Source: Armatimonadota bacterium
GTDB lineage: Bacteria > Armatimonadota > SYMT01
Assembly: GCA_041690135.1 (NCBI GenBank)
Contig: JAWLHY010000004.1
Span: forward strand, 1-64,000
Reading direction: 5' to 3'
DNA length: 64,000 nucleotides
In this document: positions 9,796 through 20,619 of the stretch, piece after piece
Position numbering within the stretch: the stretch's first letter is position 1
Layout of the letters: every line of letters begins with the position of its first letter
Made by a program: the position numbers and the translations under genes
Notes under the pieces: model-generated
The model's database searches: none
The model's input: the letters and a program-made list of their open reading frames with translations, nothing else
What the model was told of the DNA's origin: nothing

Positions 9796-10899
9796 TCAGG
9801 CTGCCGGCGCGGCAAGCACCGCTTCCAACTCACGGATGAAGCGCTCGTTCTCGTGCGGTCGACCAATGGTCACGCGGAGGAAAGACGGGAGCCCAAGTTG
9901 ATGGCCGCTCCGGACGATGACTCCCCGCCGCAGGAGCGCTTCGGTCACTTCCGCACTGGGACGCCGGACATCGACGATGACGAAATTGGCCTGCGTCGGG
10001 ACACACTCCAGCCCGAGACGGCCAAACTCCCCGTAGAGGTAGTCGCGCCCCGCGGCGTTGGCCCGACGGCTCTTTTCCACCTGCTCCGCGTCTTGCAGGC
10101 TCGCCAGGGCGGCCGCCTGCGCCACCGTGTTCACATTGAACGGCTCGCGGACCTGGTGCAGGGCCCGGATGATCTCGGGACGCCCGATCCCGTAGCCCAC
10201 CCGCAACGCGGCGAGCGCGTGGATCTTGGAGAAGGTGCGGAGGACGACGACGTTGCGCCCCTGGCGGACATAGTCGAGGCTGTGCGGGTAGTCGGGGTCG
10301 TCCACGTACTCGTAGTAGGCCTCGTCCATGACGACGATGGTCTGCTCGGGGCACCGATCGAGGAACCGCTCCAACTCGGCTCGCCCGAGCATGGTGCCGG
10401 TGGGGTTATTCGGATTGGCGATGAAGACGAGGCGAGTGCGCTCCGAGAGCCGCTCCGCCATCGCTTCCAGGTCGTAACCGTGGTTTCGGGTGGGAACGGC
10501 CACGTACTCCGCCTGGTTCAGGTACGCCGCCTTGGCGTACTGGACAAACGTCGGCTCCGCGCTGAGGACTTCCACCCCAGGAGCCATGAACACCAGTCCG
10601 AGATAGTGGATGATCTCGTCCGACCCGTTCCCCACGATCAGTTGTTCCGGGGAAACCTCACAGTGACGCGCCAGGGCCTGAACGAGCGTATGGCACGCGC
10701 CGTCCGGATAAAGCGCCAGGCCCGAGAGCGCCGACTGGATCGCTTCCAGCGCCCGGGGCGAGGGACCCAGGGGGTTCTCGTTGCTGGCGAGCTTGATCAC
10801 GTCCGCGAGGCCGTACTCCCGCTGGACTTCCTCGATCGGCTTTCCGGGCACGTACGGGCGGAGGGCCTGAATGTGGGGCGGTACTTCGGGGGGTCGCAA
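9796..10899 (-). CDS. hisC: Histidinol-phosphate aminotransferase
   Basis: KLASNENPLG, GNGSDE, NPNNPTG, DEAYYEY, RTFSK. Confidence 0.92.
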   Translation of the reverse strand: MRPPEVPPHIQALRPYVPGKPIEEVQREYGLADVIKLASNENPLGPSPRALEAIQSALSGLALYPDGACHTLVQALARHCEVSPEQLIVGNGSDEIIHYLGLVFMAPGVEVLSAEPTFVQYAKAAYLNQAEYVAVPTRNHGYDLEAMAERLSERTRLVFIANPNNPTGTMLGRAELERFLDRCPEQTIVVMDEAYYEYVDDPDYPHSLDYVRQGRNVVVLRTFSKIHALAALRVGYGIGRPEIIRALHQVREPFNVNTVAQAAALASLQDAEQVEKSRRANAAGRDYLYGEFGRLGLECVPTQANFVIVDVRRPSAEVTEALLRRGVIVRSGHQLGLPSFLRVTIGRPHENERFIRELEAVLAAPAA

Positions 10900-10922
10900 C
10901 AGTCTGTCTCCGGAGGCGGGGT

Positions 10923-11321
10923 CTACTGGATCGGTGCGCCCGGTTGTTGGGTGAAGCGCCGGACCAGGGAAAGGAGGTCATCCACTTCGAACGGCTTGGT
11001 GACATAGCCGTCGGCCCCATTATACGTAGCGACCGTGATTTCCGCCAGACCGTCGAGCGCGGTGAGCATCACCACCGGGATCTCGCGGGTGCGGGTGCTG
11101 CCTTTCAGGGCTCGCAGCGCGTCCATCCCATCGATCCCCGGCATCATCCAGTCCAGGAGGATCAGGTCGGGGTTCTCCTGGCGCGCGAGGGAAATACAGC
11201 TGGGTGCGTTCTCCGCCTCGACAATCTCGAACCCCTCGTTGCCCAGGACGACCCGGCACAGTTCGCGAATGTTGGGGTCATCGTCTGCGATGAGAATCTT
11301 GCTCACGACGGTTCCTTTCAT
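10923..11321 (-). CDS. Single-domain response regulator (receiver)
   Basis: IADDD, LLDWMMPG, MLTA, KPF. Confidence 0.9.
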   Translation of the reverse strand: MKGTVVSKILIADDDPNIRELCRVVLGNEGFEIVEAENAPSCISLARQENPDLILLDWMMPGIDGMDALRALKGSTRTREIPVVMLTALDGLAEITVATYNGADGYVTKPFEVDDLLSLVRRFTQQPGAPIQ

Positions 11322-11713
11322 GCCCGCGCGATCTCGCCGGAACGGCGGGAAAGCGTCTCTTCGATCGTATGGATGAGGTCCGCGGGCTCAAAGGGCTTGG
11401 TCACATACCCTTCCACCCCCAACTGCACAGCCCGTTCGACATCGGAACGCTGGGCCAGAGCCGTTAGCATCACCACGGGAATCCGGCTCCAACGCCCGTC
11501 CTGGCGTAACCGTTCGAAGACCTGCCAGCCATTGAGGCCCGGCATCATCACGTCGAGGAGAATGATGTCGGGCAGCGCCTCCCGGCCCAGCAGATCGAAC
11601 GCGGAGGGTCCGTCTTCGGCCTCCAGCACCTCGTATCCCTCGGTGCGGAGCATCAAGCCAATGAAGAGGCGGTTCTCGGGTTCATCCTCCACCACCAGGA
11701 TCCGGTGCGACAT
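11318..11713 (-). CDS. Single-domain response regulator (receiver)
   Basis: VVEDE, LLDVMMPG, MLTA, KPF. Confidence 0.9.
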   Translation of the reverse strand: MSHRILVVEDEPENRLFIGLMLRTEGYEVLEAEDGPSAFDLLGREALPDIILLDVMMPGLNGWQVFERLRQDGRWSRIPVVMLTALAQRSDVERAVQLGVEGYVTKPFEPADLIHTIEETLSRRSGEIARA

Positions 11714-11791
11714 CGTAACTCCTGAATTCCGATCCCTCTTGGGGCCGGACCTGCGAGGCGTATAACGCGGGGGTCTTGAATATGAAGCTCG

Positions 11792-14700
11792 TCAGTTCGA
11801 AGCAGGGAGCGTAAACGACACCTGGGTGCCTTTCCCCAGCTCGCTTTCGATCCAGATCTGCCCGCCGTGAGCCTCGACGATGTTCTTGACGATGGCCAGC
11901 CCCAGACCGGTACCTCCGGACTTCCGCGTAACCACCTTCTCTACCTGATAAAATCGGTCGAACACGCGGTCGAGTTCATCCGGAGGGATGCCACACCCGG
12001 TATCCTTCACCCGGCAAAGCACGCTGCCGTTCTCGCGGGAGAGCAGCACGTCGATGGCCCCTTCCCGCTCCGTGAACTTGAGCGCATTCCCCACCAGGTT
12101 GGTCAAGACCTGCGCGATCCGCTGCTCGTCTCCCAGGGCCACCAGGGGCAGATTCGTTTCGGAGCGCGCGTCGACCCGGATGCACTTCTCGTTCGCCTGC
12201 GGGCGGAGATCTTCCATCACGCGACCGGCGATCTGCAGCACCGGGACCGGCTCCTTCTTCATCTCAATCTTGCCACTTTCGATGCGCGAGACGTCGAGGA
12301 AGTCGGAAATAATCGCGGAAAGCCGCTTGGCCTGGCGATGGATCGACTCGAGGGCCATCTTCTGCGCCTCGACCACCGTTCCCATCTTGCCGGTGAGCAT
12401 GTAGGACGAAAAGCCCAGGATCGAGGTGAGCGGGGTCCGCAGTTCGTGGGAGACGAGCGAGATGAAGTCGCTCTTCATCTCGTCGATCACGCGCTCGCGG
12501 GTGATGTCGTGCAGGTGGAGGAGACGCCCCTGCCAGCGACCACTGGCGGAACGGACCGGGACCTCTCGAATCTGGAGCACCAGGCGCTGTGGCTCGGTCA
12601 CTTCGAAGATCTGGACCCCGCTCGTTCCCTGCACCTGCTCCAGACAGGCCCGCAGGCGGGTGGCGGCGGTCTCCGGCAGATCGGCCACCGTAAAGGTCCC
12701 GGATGGCACCTGATCGGCCTTGACCCCGAGGAAGCCGATCGCCGTCTGGTTGATCAGACTGACCTCTTCGCCGGCCTCCAGCATTACCAGGCCATCGGGG
12801 CTGGCATCGATGATCGCTTCGATCCGCGCCTTCTCCCGCGCCAGGCTGTCGTGGCTCTGCTGGAGTTCCGCCTGGCCGAGTGAGATGGCGGAGGCCATAT
12901 CGTTGAACGCCACCGCCAGGCGGGCCAGTTCGTCATCCCCCTGGACTTTGATCCGCTGGTTATACTCTCCGGCCGCCAGAAGCTGCGTGCCTTTCACCAG
13001 GCGGTCGATCGGACGCACCAGCGAGCGACTGGTCAAAGTAGCCAGGAAGAGCGCCAGCACAAGGAAGAGCGGGATGAGCCAGGCGGAGTTGAGCAGCATT
13101 TGTTTGGCTGCCTGCCGGGCGATCGTACCAGCCGTTTCGTCGATCTCAACCTTGGCTTTCTCCACGGAAATGGAAGCCTGGAAATCCACACTCTTGATCG
13201 CCGCGGACGCAAGCTCACGAGCCTTTTCCCCCATGTCCTTGCCGGCGTTATCGCGCAGCTCCTTAACCTTCTTTTCCAGGTCCTTCTCCAACCGCTCGAT
13301 CACGACGGCCTGCGACCGGTTCAGGCCCTGCGCCACTTCCGCCTTCTGCTGCTCCTCCACCTGGTGCATCCGCTTGGATGCGGCCCGGCGCGTCTCCTCG
13401 CGGTTGCGTCGCGCAGTTTCCACCTGTTCGGAGATGAAGGAGGCGTTCACGTCCTTCACGTTCTCGAGCGCCTGGTTCCAAGCCTTCTGGATCCCTTCTT
13501 TCAACTCCGTGGCCGGCTGTTTCACTTCCGCATCAGGTTGGACGACCACCACCCAGGCCCGGTCGGTCGCCCAGTAGTGAGCGACTCCCTGCATTCGGAC
13601 GTTGTCGGGGCCAGCGGTGTAGGTAAACCAGCGAGTCTTGTCGCGCGAGTATTCCAGGGCTTCCTCACCCTTGGGCAAGTTGTCCAGAAGTCGTTGCGCG
13701 GGGAAGTTGATCTTCGAGCGATCGATCGCGCTGATCACCAGACCGGAATCGGCGTGGATCACGTAGATCTGCATCCCGTTCGCGGGAGTGCCTCCCGTCG
13801 CCTCGATCACCAGGTTGTCGTAGGAGTAATCCACAACCAGGAACGGCACAGGCTGCGGTGGGATGTCCTTCTCTGCCATCGCCATGGCGGCGTCGCTGGG
13901 GATGACGCCTTTCGAGAGCTGCTCCACCGGGATCTTGTGGGCCATCCGCCGGATCCACTTCTTGGTGCGTTCATCGAGACGCAGCGGCTCGGTGATGAAA
14001 GTGGCGCTGGCGGCATCCGCGGACTGGATCAGCTTGAGGGTCTCGGTCTCTGCCCAATCCTCCTCTTTTTCCGTTTCGGGTATGCGAGTAACTTCCGTGC
14101 CCGTGGGAGACACCAGCACCACCCGGACAATATCCGGCATGTTCCGGCGCACGTACTTTTCCAGAAACTGACCGGCTTCCGGCTGAAGGCGCACCACCTG
14201 CTGTACCTGCACGGGGATCTGCAAGCGGAAAAAGACCTGGGAGACGGCTCGCTCGGCAAAGTCCCGCACAGCATACACACGGCGGTCGGCGGTCGGCCGC
14301 CAGGCGTTCAACAGCGTTTCTTCCAGCTTCTGGGGTACGGGAGACGACTCTTCCTGAAGCGCCACGCTCATCCGGTCCGAGAAGTTCTTGGCGAGGAGGT
14401 TGAGCGCCTGCTGGTTGAGGGTGTCGAGATCGTTCAGCGACTGATCGAGAGCATGGTCCGCCACCTTGACCATCTCCTGTGTCGCCTTCTCAACGGCGGC
14501 CCGTCCTTGCTGCTTCATCAGGCCCGTATTGGACTTGAAGGCTTCCTTCCCAGCATCCAGGGTCTGGCCAGAGGTCTCCTTAAGCCGGTCACGCCCTTCG
14601 TCGGCGACTTTTTCAGCTGCGGTCGTCAGACGATCCTCTGCAACTTCTTTGAAGCTATCCGCAGTACGCTGCACCACGCCCGCGCCGGACTTGGCAATCT

Positions 14701-14842
14701 CGCTCTGGCTCTGATAGAGGCTGTTCCAGCCCGCCATGCTCAGGACGATGCCGCTGATGACCAGCGGCACGGTTACCAGTAGCCCGAACAACAGGCTCAT
14801 ACGGGCAAACAGGGATGTTCGGATCCTGCCCTTTTTTTCCAT
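11792..14842 (-). CDS. Membrane sensor histidine kinase (large extracytoplasmic region, HAMP, PAS, HisKA, HATPase)
   Basis: Two TM segments, HAMP (DDELARLAVAFN), SHELRTPL, NALKF, DTGCGI, GTGLGL; start trimmed to MEKKG. Confidence 0.9.
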   Translation of the reverse strand: MEKKGRIRTSLFARMSLLFGLLVTVPLVISGIVLSMAGWNSLYQSQSEIAKSGAGVVQRTADSFKEVAEDRLTTAAEKVADEGRDRLKETSGQTLDAGKEAFKSNTGLMKQQGRAAVEKATQEMVKVADHALDQSLNDLDTLNQQALNLLAKNFSDRMSVALQEESSPVPQKLEETLLNAWRPTADRRVYAVRDFAERAVSQVFFRLQIPVQVQQVVRLQPEAGQFLEKYVRRNMPDIVRVVLVSPTGTEVTRIPETEKEEDWAETETLKLIQSADAASATFITEPLRLDERTKKWIRRMAHKIPVEQLSKGVIPSDAAMAMAEKDIPPQPVPFLVVDYSYDNLVIEATGGTPANGMQIYVIHADSGLVISAIDRSKINFPAQRLLDNLPKGEEALEYSRDKTRWFTYTAGPDNVRMQGVAHYWATDRAWVVVVQPDAEVKQPATELKEGIQKAWNQALENVKDVNASFISEQVETARRNREETRRAASKRMHQVEEQQKAEVAQGLNRSQAVVIERLEKDLEKKVKELRDNAGKDMGEKARELASAAIKSVDFQASISVEKAKVEIDETAGTIARQAAKQMLLNSAWLIPLFLVLALFLATLTSRSLVRPIDRLVKGTQLLAAGEYNQRIKVQGDDELARLAVAFNDMASAISLGQAELQQSHDSLAREKARIEAIIDASPDGLVMLEAGEEVSLINQTAIGFLGVKADQVPSGTFTVADLPETAATRLRACLEQVQGTSGVQIFEVTEPQRLVLQIREVPVRSASGRWQGRLLHLHDITRERVIDEMKSDFISLVSHELRTPLTSILGFSSYMLTGKMGTVVEAQKMALESIHRQAKRLSAIISDFLDVSRIESGKIEMKKEPVPVLQIAGRVMEDLRPQANEKCIRVDARSETNLPLVALGDEQRIAQVLTNLVGNALKFTEREGAIDVLLSRENGSVLCRVKDTGCGIPPDELDRVFDRFYQVEKVVTRKSGGTGLGLAIVKNIVEAHGGQIWIESELGKGTQVSFTLPASN

Positions 14843-15014
14843 CCCGCGACCCTCCCCGTCCTGAATACGCAACAAACCGCCGACGCGTCTCCTTCTAATC
14901 CTTAGACGCACCCAGCGGCCGCCCGGCCCAGAAAAAACAAGAGAAGGCCCTTCACCGGGTGGGGCCTACCCGATGCCGGCCTTCCGGCGTCTCTTTCGCG
15001 ATGAAATTGGCAAC

Positions 15015-15971
15015 CTAGCGGTTCAAGGCGGCCTGACCGGAGTTCCGAACTTCCACCTGATAATCGCTCACGACGAGCTGTGGCTGCCCTTTGTCCGGCG
15101 TCACTTCCGCAACCAGGTGGTATATCCCATTCGGGACGCTGGAGGTGTCCCAGCGGAAATCCTTACGGCTGCCGTCCAACCACCGGCTCTCCCACGGGTC
15201 CACATAAATGTCCGAGTAGTCGGCCTGCGGGAGGAGGGAGAGGAACCCGCCGCGCAACAGCGCCTGCCCGGGTCGCGAGTGGACCACGCAGCTATTGATC
15301 ACGCGCTGTCGCTTCTCGTCATAGACGCGGACGCGGGTCTCCACCTCCTGCTTGAACGTGCGCACGCCCACCTCCATCCAGTACCATTGGCGCGGCCCGA
15401 TGTCGGACTGCCACTGGCGGAGAACGCGCCCCCCGGAGGCGAGCTGGAGCTGGTGCCGCTCGTTCAGCGCCTCCAGGCAGTTACCGTTCGGCTGCATCCG
15501 GAGGCGGACGCCGAAGGTGTTGGTGATCCCCATCGGCCGCACCAGGGCCGACATCACGAAGTCGCCGGAGTAAGGCTCGCTGGAAACCGCTTCGCCGCCT
15601 CCACGTGGAGCCCGGAGAAACCAGCGGTCCCCATCGTTATCGACGCGCCAGCCGAACTGGAACGGACCCTGCACCTGCCACTGACCCAGGAAGCCCCGCT
15701 TGAAATCGTACTTCGTTTGGGTCACCATCCGCTGCCGGTCGGTCCCATCCGGCTTGGTGGCGTAGTACCAGGTAATCGAGGTAAGACCCTGGTCCAGGAG
15801 AATTCCGGGAGAATCCCAGCGGACACGATAGGAACCGGCGAGGGCCAAACGGCTATCCGGGGGAAGAAACCGGAAGCCGAGACTCTGCGCTTCCACAGGG
15901 GGCAAAGGGGGCAAGACGAGAGCAGCGACCAGCATCGTCAGGAGGAACGCAGCCAAATGTCGCGCACGCAT
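15015..15971 (-). CDS. Secreted beta-rich hypothetical protein (lectin/Ig-like)
   Basis: Signal peptide, aromatic beta-strand pattern, C-terminal WDTSSVPNGIYHL. Confidence 0.6.
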   Translation of the reverse strand: MRARHLAAFLLTMLVAALVLPPLPPVEAQSLGFRFLPPDSRLALAGSYRVRWDSPGILLDQGLTSITWYYATKPDGTDRQRMVTQTKYDFKRGFLGQWQVQGPFQFGWRVDNDGDRWFLRAPRGGGEAVSSEPYSGDFVMSALVRPMGITNTFGVRLRMQPNGNCLEALNERHQLQLASGGRVLRQWQSDIGPRQWYWMEVGVRTFKQEVETRVRVYDEKRQRVINSCVVHSRPGQALLRGGFLSLLPQADYSDIYVDPWESRWLDGSRKDFRWDTSSVPNGIYHLVAEVTPDKGQPQLVVSDYQVEVRNSGQAALNR

Positions 15972-16156
15972 CTCGATTTACCCGACCTCGACGTTGAAGT
16001 GAGAGGGGACCGGCGGGACAGTTCCAGGGAGTTGTTGTCCCGCCGGCTGTTATCCTGTATGTTAGCTCAACTCCGATCCCACCGCCGTTGTCGGTCGCTT
16101 GTGATCTCGTTGGAATCCTGCGACACGCCAGCACACGGCGAAGATCGGCGGTTCTG

Positions 16157-16852
16157 TTACTGCGTCGCCATTTTATAGCCGACGCCGTGGACCGTCTGAA
16201 TGCGAAGCGGCTCGTCCGGATTGTCTTCGATCTTGGCGCGGAGACGGCGGATGTGGGCATCGATCCCACGGAGGTCGATGGCCTCGTTCTCTCCCCACAC
16301 CAGGCGGAGGATGTCGTCGCGGGTGAGGACCTTGCCGGCCCGCTGCGCGAGGCAGTAGAGCAGGTTGAACTCCAGGCGGGTCAGTCCCACCTGCTTGCCG
16401 CGCAGCCACACCTCGTGGCTGGCGGGCTCCAGGCGTAGATCCCCTACCTGAATCGGACGGTCGCGCTGCAGACCGTCGCCGACCATGGCCGCACGGCGCA
16501 GGTGGGCGCGCAGGCGCGCCAGCAGCTCTTCCGGCTCGAACGGCTTCGCGAGGTAATCGTCGGCCCCCGTATCCAGCCCCGCCACCCGGTCGTGAGCGGC
16601 GGACTTGGCGGTGAGCATGACGATGGGTACGCTGCTGAACTCGCGCGCCCGACGGCAAACTTCCAGGCCGTCCATCCCCGGCAGCATCCAGTCCAGGATC
16701 ACCAGGTCCGGCCCCATCTTGCGCAGGAGCTCCAGGCCCAGAGGGCCATTCCCGGCGGAGAGAACATCATAACCCTCCGACTGGAGGATCATCCTGAGCA
16801 TCTGCTCCGTATCGGGATCGTCTTCAACCACTAACACACGCTGTGCTGCCAT
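16157..16852 (-). CDS. OmpR/PhoB-family response regulator
   Basis: Receiver plus winged helix (LTRLEFNLL, HIRRLRAKIE, TVHGVGY). Confidence 0.92.
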   Translation of the reverse strand: MAAQRVLVVEDDPDTEQMLRMILQSEGYDVLSAGNGPLGLELLRKMGPDLVILDWMLPGMDGLEVCRRAREFSSVPIVMLTAKSAAHDRVAGLDTGADDYLAKPFEPEELLARLRAHLRRAAMVGDGLQRDRPIQVGDLRLEPASHEVWLRGKQVGLTRLEFNLLYCLAQRAGKVLTRDDILRLVWGENEAIDLRGIDAHIRRLRAKIEDNPDEPLRIQTVHGVGYKMATQ

Positions 16853-16957
16853 AGTAGTGTCACCTCTGGGATTATTCTAGCACCCAGCGCCGCAAAGTAC
16901 TGCGAAAGTGATCAACATATGTATTTAGCGTTTCAGCAGAGACATCCCGACAACGCG

Positions 16958-17704
16958 TTAACCAGCGGACTGTTTCCGCTCCAGCTTCTCCAGAATGCGT
17001 CCCGCTTCCGCCGCCTTTGGCCCGCCTTCCGGCTTCCGTTCCTGACGCACCTGGAATCGTTGGAGTTCCACTTTGACGTAGGCGAGTGCTTCTTGCGGGG
17101 TATCCACGCAGTGGATCCAATCGAAGTCGCGTGGTGAGATGAACTTACGGCCCAGAAGCTCTTCGCGCATCCAGTCCAGCAGTCCGGTCCAGAGTTGACG
17201 GTCGAGGAGCACCACGGCGCGCTCTTCCACCATGCCGACCTGGATCAACTGCCAGACGTACATGAGCTCCAGCATGGTGCCGATGCCGCCCGGGGCCACG
17301 ATAACGGCGTGAGACAGGCGCATGAACTCGTCCAGGCGGCTAGAGAAACGCTTGTGCTCGCTCTTAATGTCGAGGTGCTTGTTCGCCAGCTCCTGCGACC
17401 GCGGGAGAAAGATCGGCAGGCCGATGGATTGACTGGTCCCGTTCGCGGCATCGCGGACGGCCCGGTTGGCCGCTTCCATCAGGCCCGGCCCACCGCCGGT
17501 CACGATGTCGATATCCAGCTCGGCGAGCATTCGGGACATTTCGTAAACGGTCCGGTAGGTAGGGTCCTCCGGACGAATACGGGCGGAACCGAAGATGCAA
17601 ACGCGAAACCGGTCTTTCTCTAACTGCTGCAGTTCCGCTTCGAGGGAAAAATACTGATCCAGCGTGCGCTGGATTTGCTCCCGGACTTCATCGATGGTAG
17701 GCAT
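16958..17704 (-). CDS. LOG-family (Rossmann) nucleotide phosphoribohydrolase
   Basis: FGSAR, TGGGPGLMEAAN, PGGIGTMLE. Confidence 0.85.
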   Translation of the reverse strand: MPTIDEVREQIQRTLDQYFSLEAELQQLEKDRFRVCIFGSARIRPEDPTYRTVYEMSRMLAELDIDIVTGGGPGLMEAANRAVRDAANGTSQSIGLPIFLPRSQELANKHLDIKSEHKRFSSRLDEFMRLSHAVIVAPGGIGTMLELMYVWQLIQVGMVEERAVVLLDRQLWTGLLDWMREELLGRKFISPRDFDWIHCVDTPQEALAYVKVELQRFQVRQERKPEGGPKAAEAGRILEKLERKQSAG

Positions 17705-17716
17705 ATCAGGCAATCG

Positions 17717-20608
17717 TCAGCGATCAGGTGCCAGCAGGGCCAGGAGCAGCCGTCGCTCCAGGTCGCTTATCTCCGTAGTTCCGGAGCCGGGTGTCGAACC
17801 GTACAGGAATACCCGCCCCCTTCCAACTTTACCCGCCACCAGCACGGGCGCGCCGCCATTGCCGACCTCGCGCGCCAGTATTTCCGCCCCTTCCGCAGCA
17901 CGCAGGCGAAGGTAACGGCGTGCGCTGGGAGCGAAGGTTGCCCTCATTGGGACCCCGCCGATGGCCTGGTCGAGCGAGAATTCGGCGGCTCCCCCCGCCT
18001 CCGTGCCGACGCCGACCTCCGGAAACATGCGCGGGTGCCAGCGCGCCCCAACGGATTCCCCGGCGAGCAGCAGGATTCCGCCTCCGGCGACCCATTCCCG
18101 CACGGCTTTCTCGGCCTCCGGGGTCAACTCGGCAACATCCCGGACTTCCGAAACGACCAGCACTTCGGCGGCGGCGAGATGATCCGGGCGCAGGTGATGG
18201 AGGGGGAAGGCGCGAAAATCCGCAACCGGCTTGAACAGGTCGAGCCAGCCCAGCGCGTTCTCGCTGCCGGCATAGACGGCAATCTTACGCCCGGTCCCGG
18301 CGGGTGCGGGAACCGCCTCGCGAGCTTTGAGCGCGGCGAACTCCTCGGTCGGCAGGCCCTCGCACAGAGGGCCACGCACGACAAAAGGACGCACCTTCCC
18401 GTCCACATAGGCCAGCGTACCCCGCACGACCGGGCGGAAGCGTCCGGCGGGGGCCTCGAACCGCACCCGGCGGACATTGAAGTTGCTCAGAGTGCCCAGG
18501 GGAAGTAGCAGCCGTCCATAAGCGTCTTCCAGCCGCAGTTCGGCCTGTCCGGAGCGAATCTGGGACCGCTCGGGGGACACGTTGAGCAGCTTGACCGCCA
18601 ACTGGGTGCGGTCCCCCAGGAGAAGCCCGAGCGGCGCGTCTCCCTGCGTGATCGCCTGCGACAGCTCCCATTCCACCCGGGGCGCCAGGTAACCCGGCCA
18701 GGTGCCTTCGGCCGTGGCGCCCGCGCGAAGGGCGGAGAGGTGCGCGGGCAGCGTAGGGACCTCCGAGTTCACGAGGACGAAACCGTCTGCTCCCAGTTCA
18801 CGTGACAACTCCACCTGCCGGAGCAGCGTTAGGGACTCTCCCTCGCGGGGAAGCTCGAGGCCGGCGGCCACCGGAATCCGGCCCCCGACGAGGCCGACCT
18901 GGGCTTCCAGCAGCGGGGCAAACCGGTCCGGTGCCGCCGCATCTACCCGCGGGACGACGAAGTCCAACCAGCCGCGCTCGAGCCAGAGCCCCCAGTCTTC
19001 CTTGGCGGCGGCCCTCCGCCGGCGGGGATCGCCTTCCACCGCAGCCGAGACCTGGACGTGCGGCCTGGTCTTCTTGACCTCCTGGTAAACCCGCTGGAGA
19101 AGACGGTTGAGGTTCTCCCGCTCCCAGTCCTCGTACTCGCGCTTGCGGGGACCGGAGAGCACCTCTTCCGGCCATTGCTGGACCGCCTTGCCGGTCGCCA
19201 TTTCGAACTCACGGCGCGACACCAGTCCGTAATCCCACGCGTCGTGCGGGGTATCGGGGTAGCCCAGGCCTTCCAGGTGCACGCCGTCCAGGTCGTATTT
19301 GCGGACCAATTCCAGAATCGCCCGGAACTCCTGCTCCTGGTTACGGGGGTCGGCCGGGTTGAGCGCTTCCCCCTGGCGTCCGGCCGCATTGCGCACCAAC
19401 CGGTCTTCCGCGGCCAGCTTCTGTGTGGTTTCCGGTGGCGTCCCCGCCAGGCGGAAGCTCGGCCGGCACGCATGGAACGTAAGGTGATACTTGCGTGCGG
19501 TCTCAATCGCGAGCTTCAGCTCATCGGAGCCCACTGCCGTTCCGGCTTCCCGGACGAGGACCTCGCTGGGATAAATCGCGCTGCCGCCGCTCCCGACCCG
19601 CACGAATACCGAGTTGAGGCCGGCGTCGCGGGCCATTCGCATCAGGGCTTCCCAATCGGTTTTCCCCGCGGCTGCGAACCGGATTCCGCGCAGCTCTCCT
19701 TTTCGGGACGGCGTCATCTCGTAGGAGAGCCGTTGCAGTTCCGCCACGATCTGGAGGGCAGCGGTAACCCGCTCCGCCGCAATCCGGCAGTTGGCCACGA
19801 TCTCCAGCGTCCCCAGGCGGTCGGAAGGCAACCGCTCCCACTGCTCCCGCAGGGCGCGGTCGATCCGAGCTCGCTGGGTGCCGGTCAGGTCCGGCTGCTG
19901 GCGGGCATGGGACCAGCGGAGGCTCGCCCGGTCGAGCGCTTCCTCCGCCCGCATCCGCAGCCGGGGAAGCATCTCTCCCCACAACCGGGGCTCGAGGTCG
20001 GCCAACATTCCCGCCAGCAGTTCCGCCTGTCCGGGTGCATGCGCCGGCGGCAGGTTCACGTAGTACCCGTACGGCCCCCGCACGAGCGCCGAGGGGCCGG
20101 CGCCGGAGCCTTCCCACTCCCCGGCCTCGTAGCCGGGGTCGGCCGCTTGGATCGACAGCGGAACCAGAGCTGGCGGCGTCCAAAGCACCCGCGCCGGCAT
20201 GCCCGGCCGCGGGGTCGGCGCCAGACCGCGCGGGGCAAAGCCGGCCGCTACCACGGTCGGCTGTACCCCCAGGAGCGCCAGCAAGGCCGGTTCACCCGAG
20301 ACCTGATAGGCCACCCAGCGCCCGCCGCGGGCAATGAAAGTGCGTAGGACCTCCACCGGCAGTCTGCGGTTTTGCGGCAAGACGATCAGGTCGAACGGTC
20401 GCAGCGTCCGCTCGGACAGGGTGCTTTCATCAATGCGGCGGTAGGCCAACCCATACTGTTCGAGCGCGGTTTCCAGGACGCGGACGGCCGCTGCCCCTTC
20501 GCCCGGATCGGCCGGCGCCACAACGGCGACCTCGGCCAGGGCCGCGGCGGGGGCCCAGAGTAAGTACAGGGCCACCAGCAGGTGAACGTATCCGGAAAGG
20601 CCTCTCAC
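17717..20608 (-). CDS. Glycoside hydrolase-like family 10 (DUF187) multidomain secreted protein
   Basis: GLNSVFVRV, LNPADP, YDLDGVHL, WGLWLERGWLDFVVP; flanking GATase-like domains. Confidence 0.7.
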   Translation of the reverse strand: MRGLSGYVHLLVALYLLWAPAAALAEVAVVAPADPGEGAAAVRVLETALEQYGLAYRRIDESTLSERTLRPFDLIVLPQNRRLPVEVLRTFIARGGRWVAYQVSGEPALLALLGVQPTVVAAGFAPRGLAPTPRPGMPARVLWTPPALVPLSIQAADPGYEAGEWEGSGAGPSALVRGPYGYYVNLPPAHAPGQAELLAGMLADLEPRLWGEMLPRLRMRAEEALDRASLRWSHARQQPDLTGTQRARIDRALREQWERLPSDRLGTLEIVANCRIAAERVTAALQIVAELQRLSYEMTPSRKGELRGIRFAAAGKTDWEALMRMARDAGLNSVFVRVGSGGSAIYPSEVLVREAGTAVGSDELKLAIETARKYHLTFHACRPSFRLAGTPPETTQKLAAEDRLVRNAAGRQGEALNPADPRNQEQEFRAILELVRKYDLDGVHLEGLGYPDTPHDAWDYGLVSRREFEMATGKAVQQWPEEVLSGPRKREYEDWERENLNRLLQRVYQEVKKTRPHVQVSAAVEGDPRRRRAAAKEDWGLWLERGWLDFVVPRVDAAAPDRFAPLLEAQVGLVGGRIPVAAGLELPREGESLTLLRQVELSRELGADGFVLVNSEVPTLPAHLSALRAGATAEGTWPGYLAPRVEWELSQAITQGDAPLGLLLGDRTQLAVKLLNVSPERSQIRSGQAELRLEDAYGRLLLPLGTLSNFNVRRVRFEAPAGRFRPVVRGTLAYVDGKVRPFVVRGPLCEGLPTEEFAALKAREAVPAPAGTGRKIAVYAGSENALGWLDLFKPVADFRAFPLHHLRPDHLAAAEVLVVSEVRDVAELTPEAEKAVREWVAGGGILLLAGESVGARWHPRMFPEVGVGTEAGGAAEFSLDQAIGGVPMRATFAPSARRYLRLRAAEGAEILAREVGNGGAPVLVAGKVGRGRVFLYGSTPGSGTTEISDLERRLLLALLAPDR

Positions 20609-20619
20609 CAGAAATCTCG

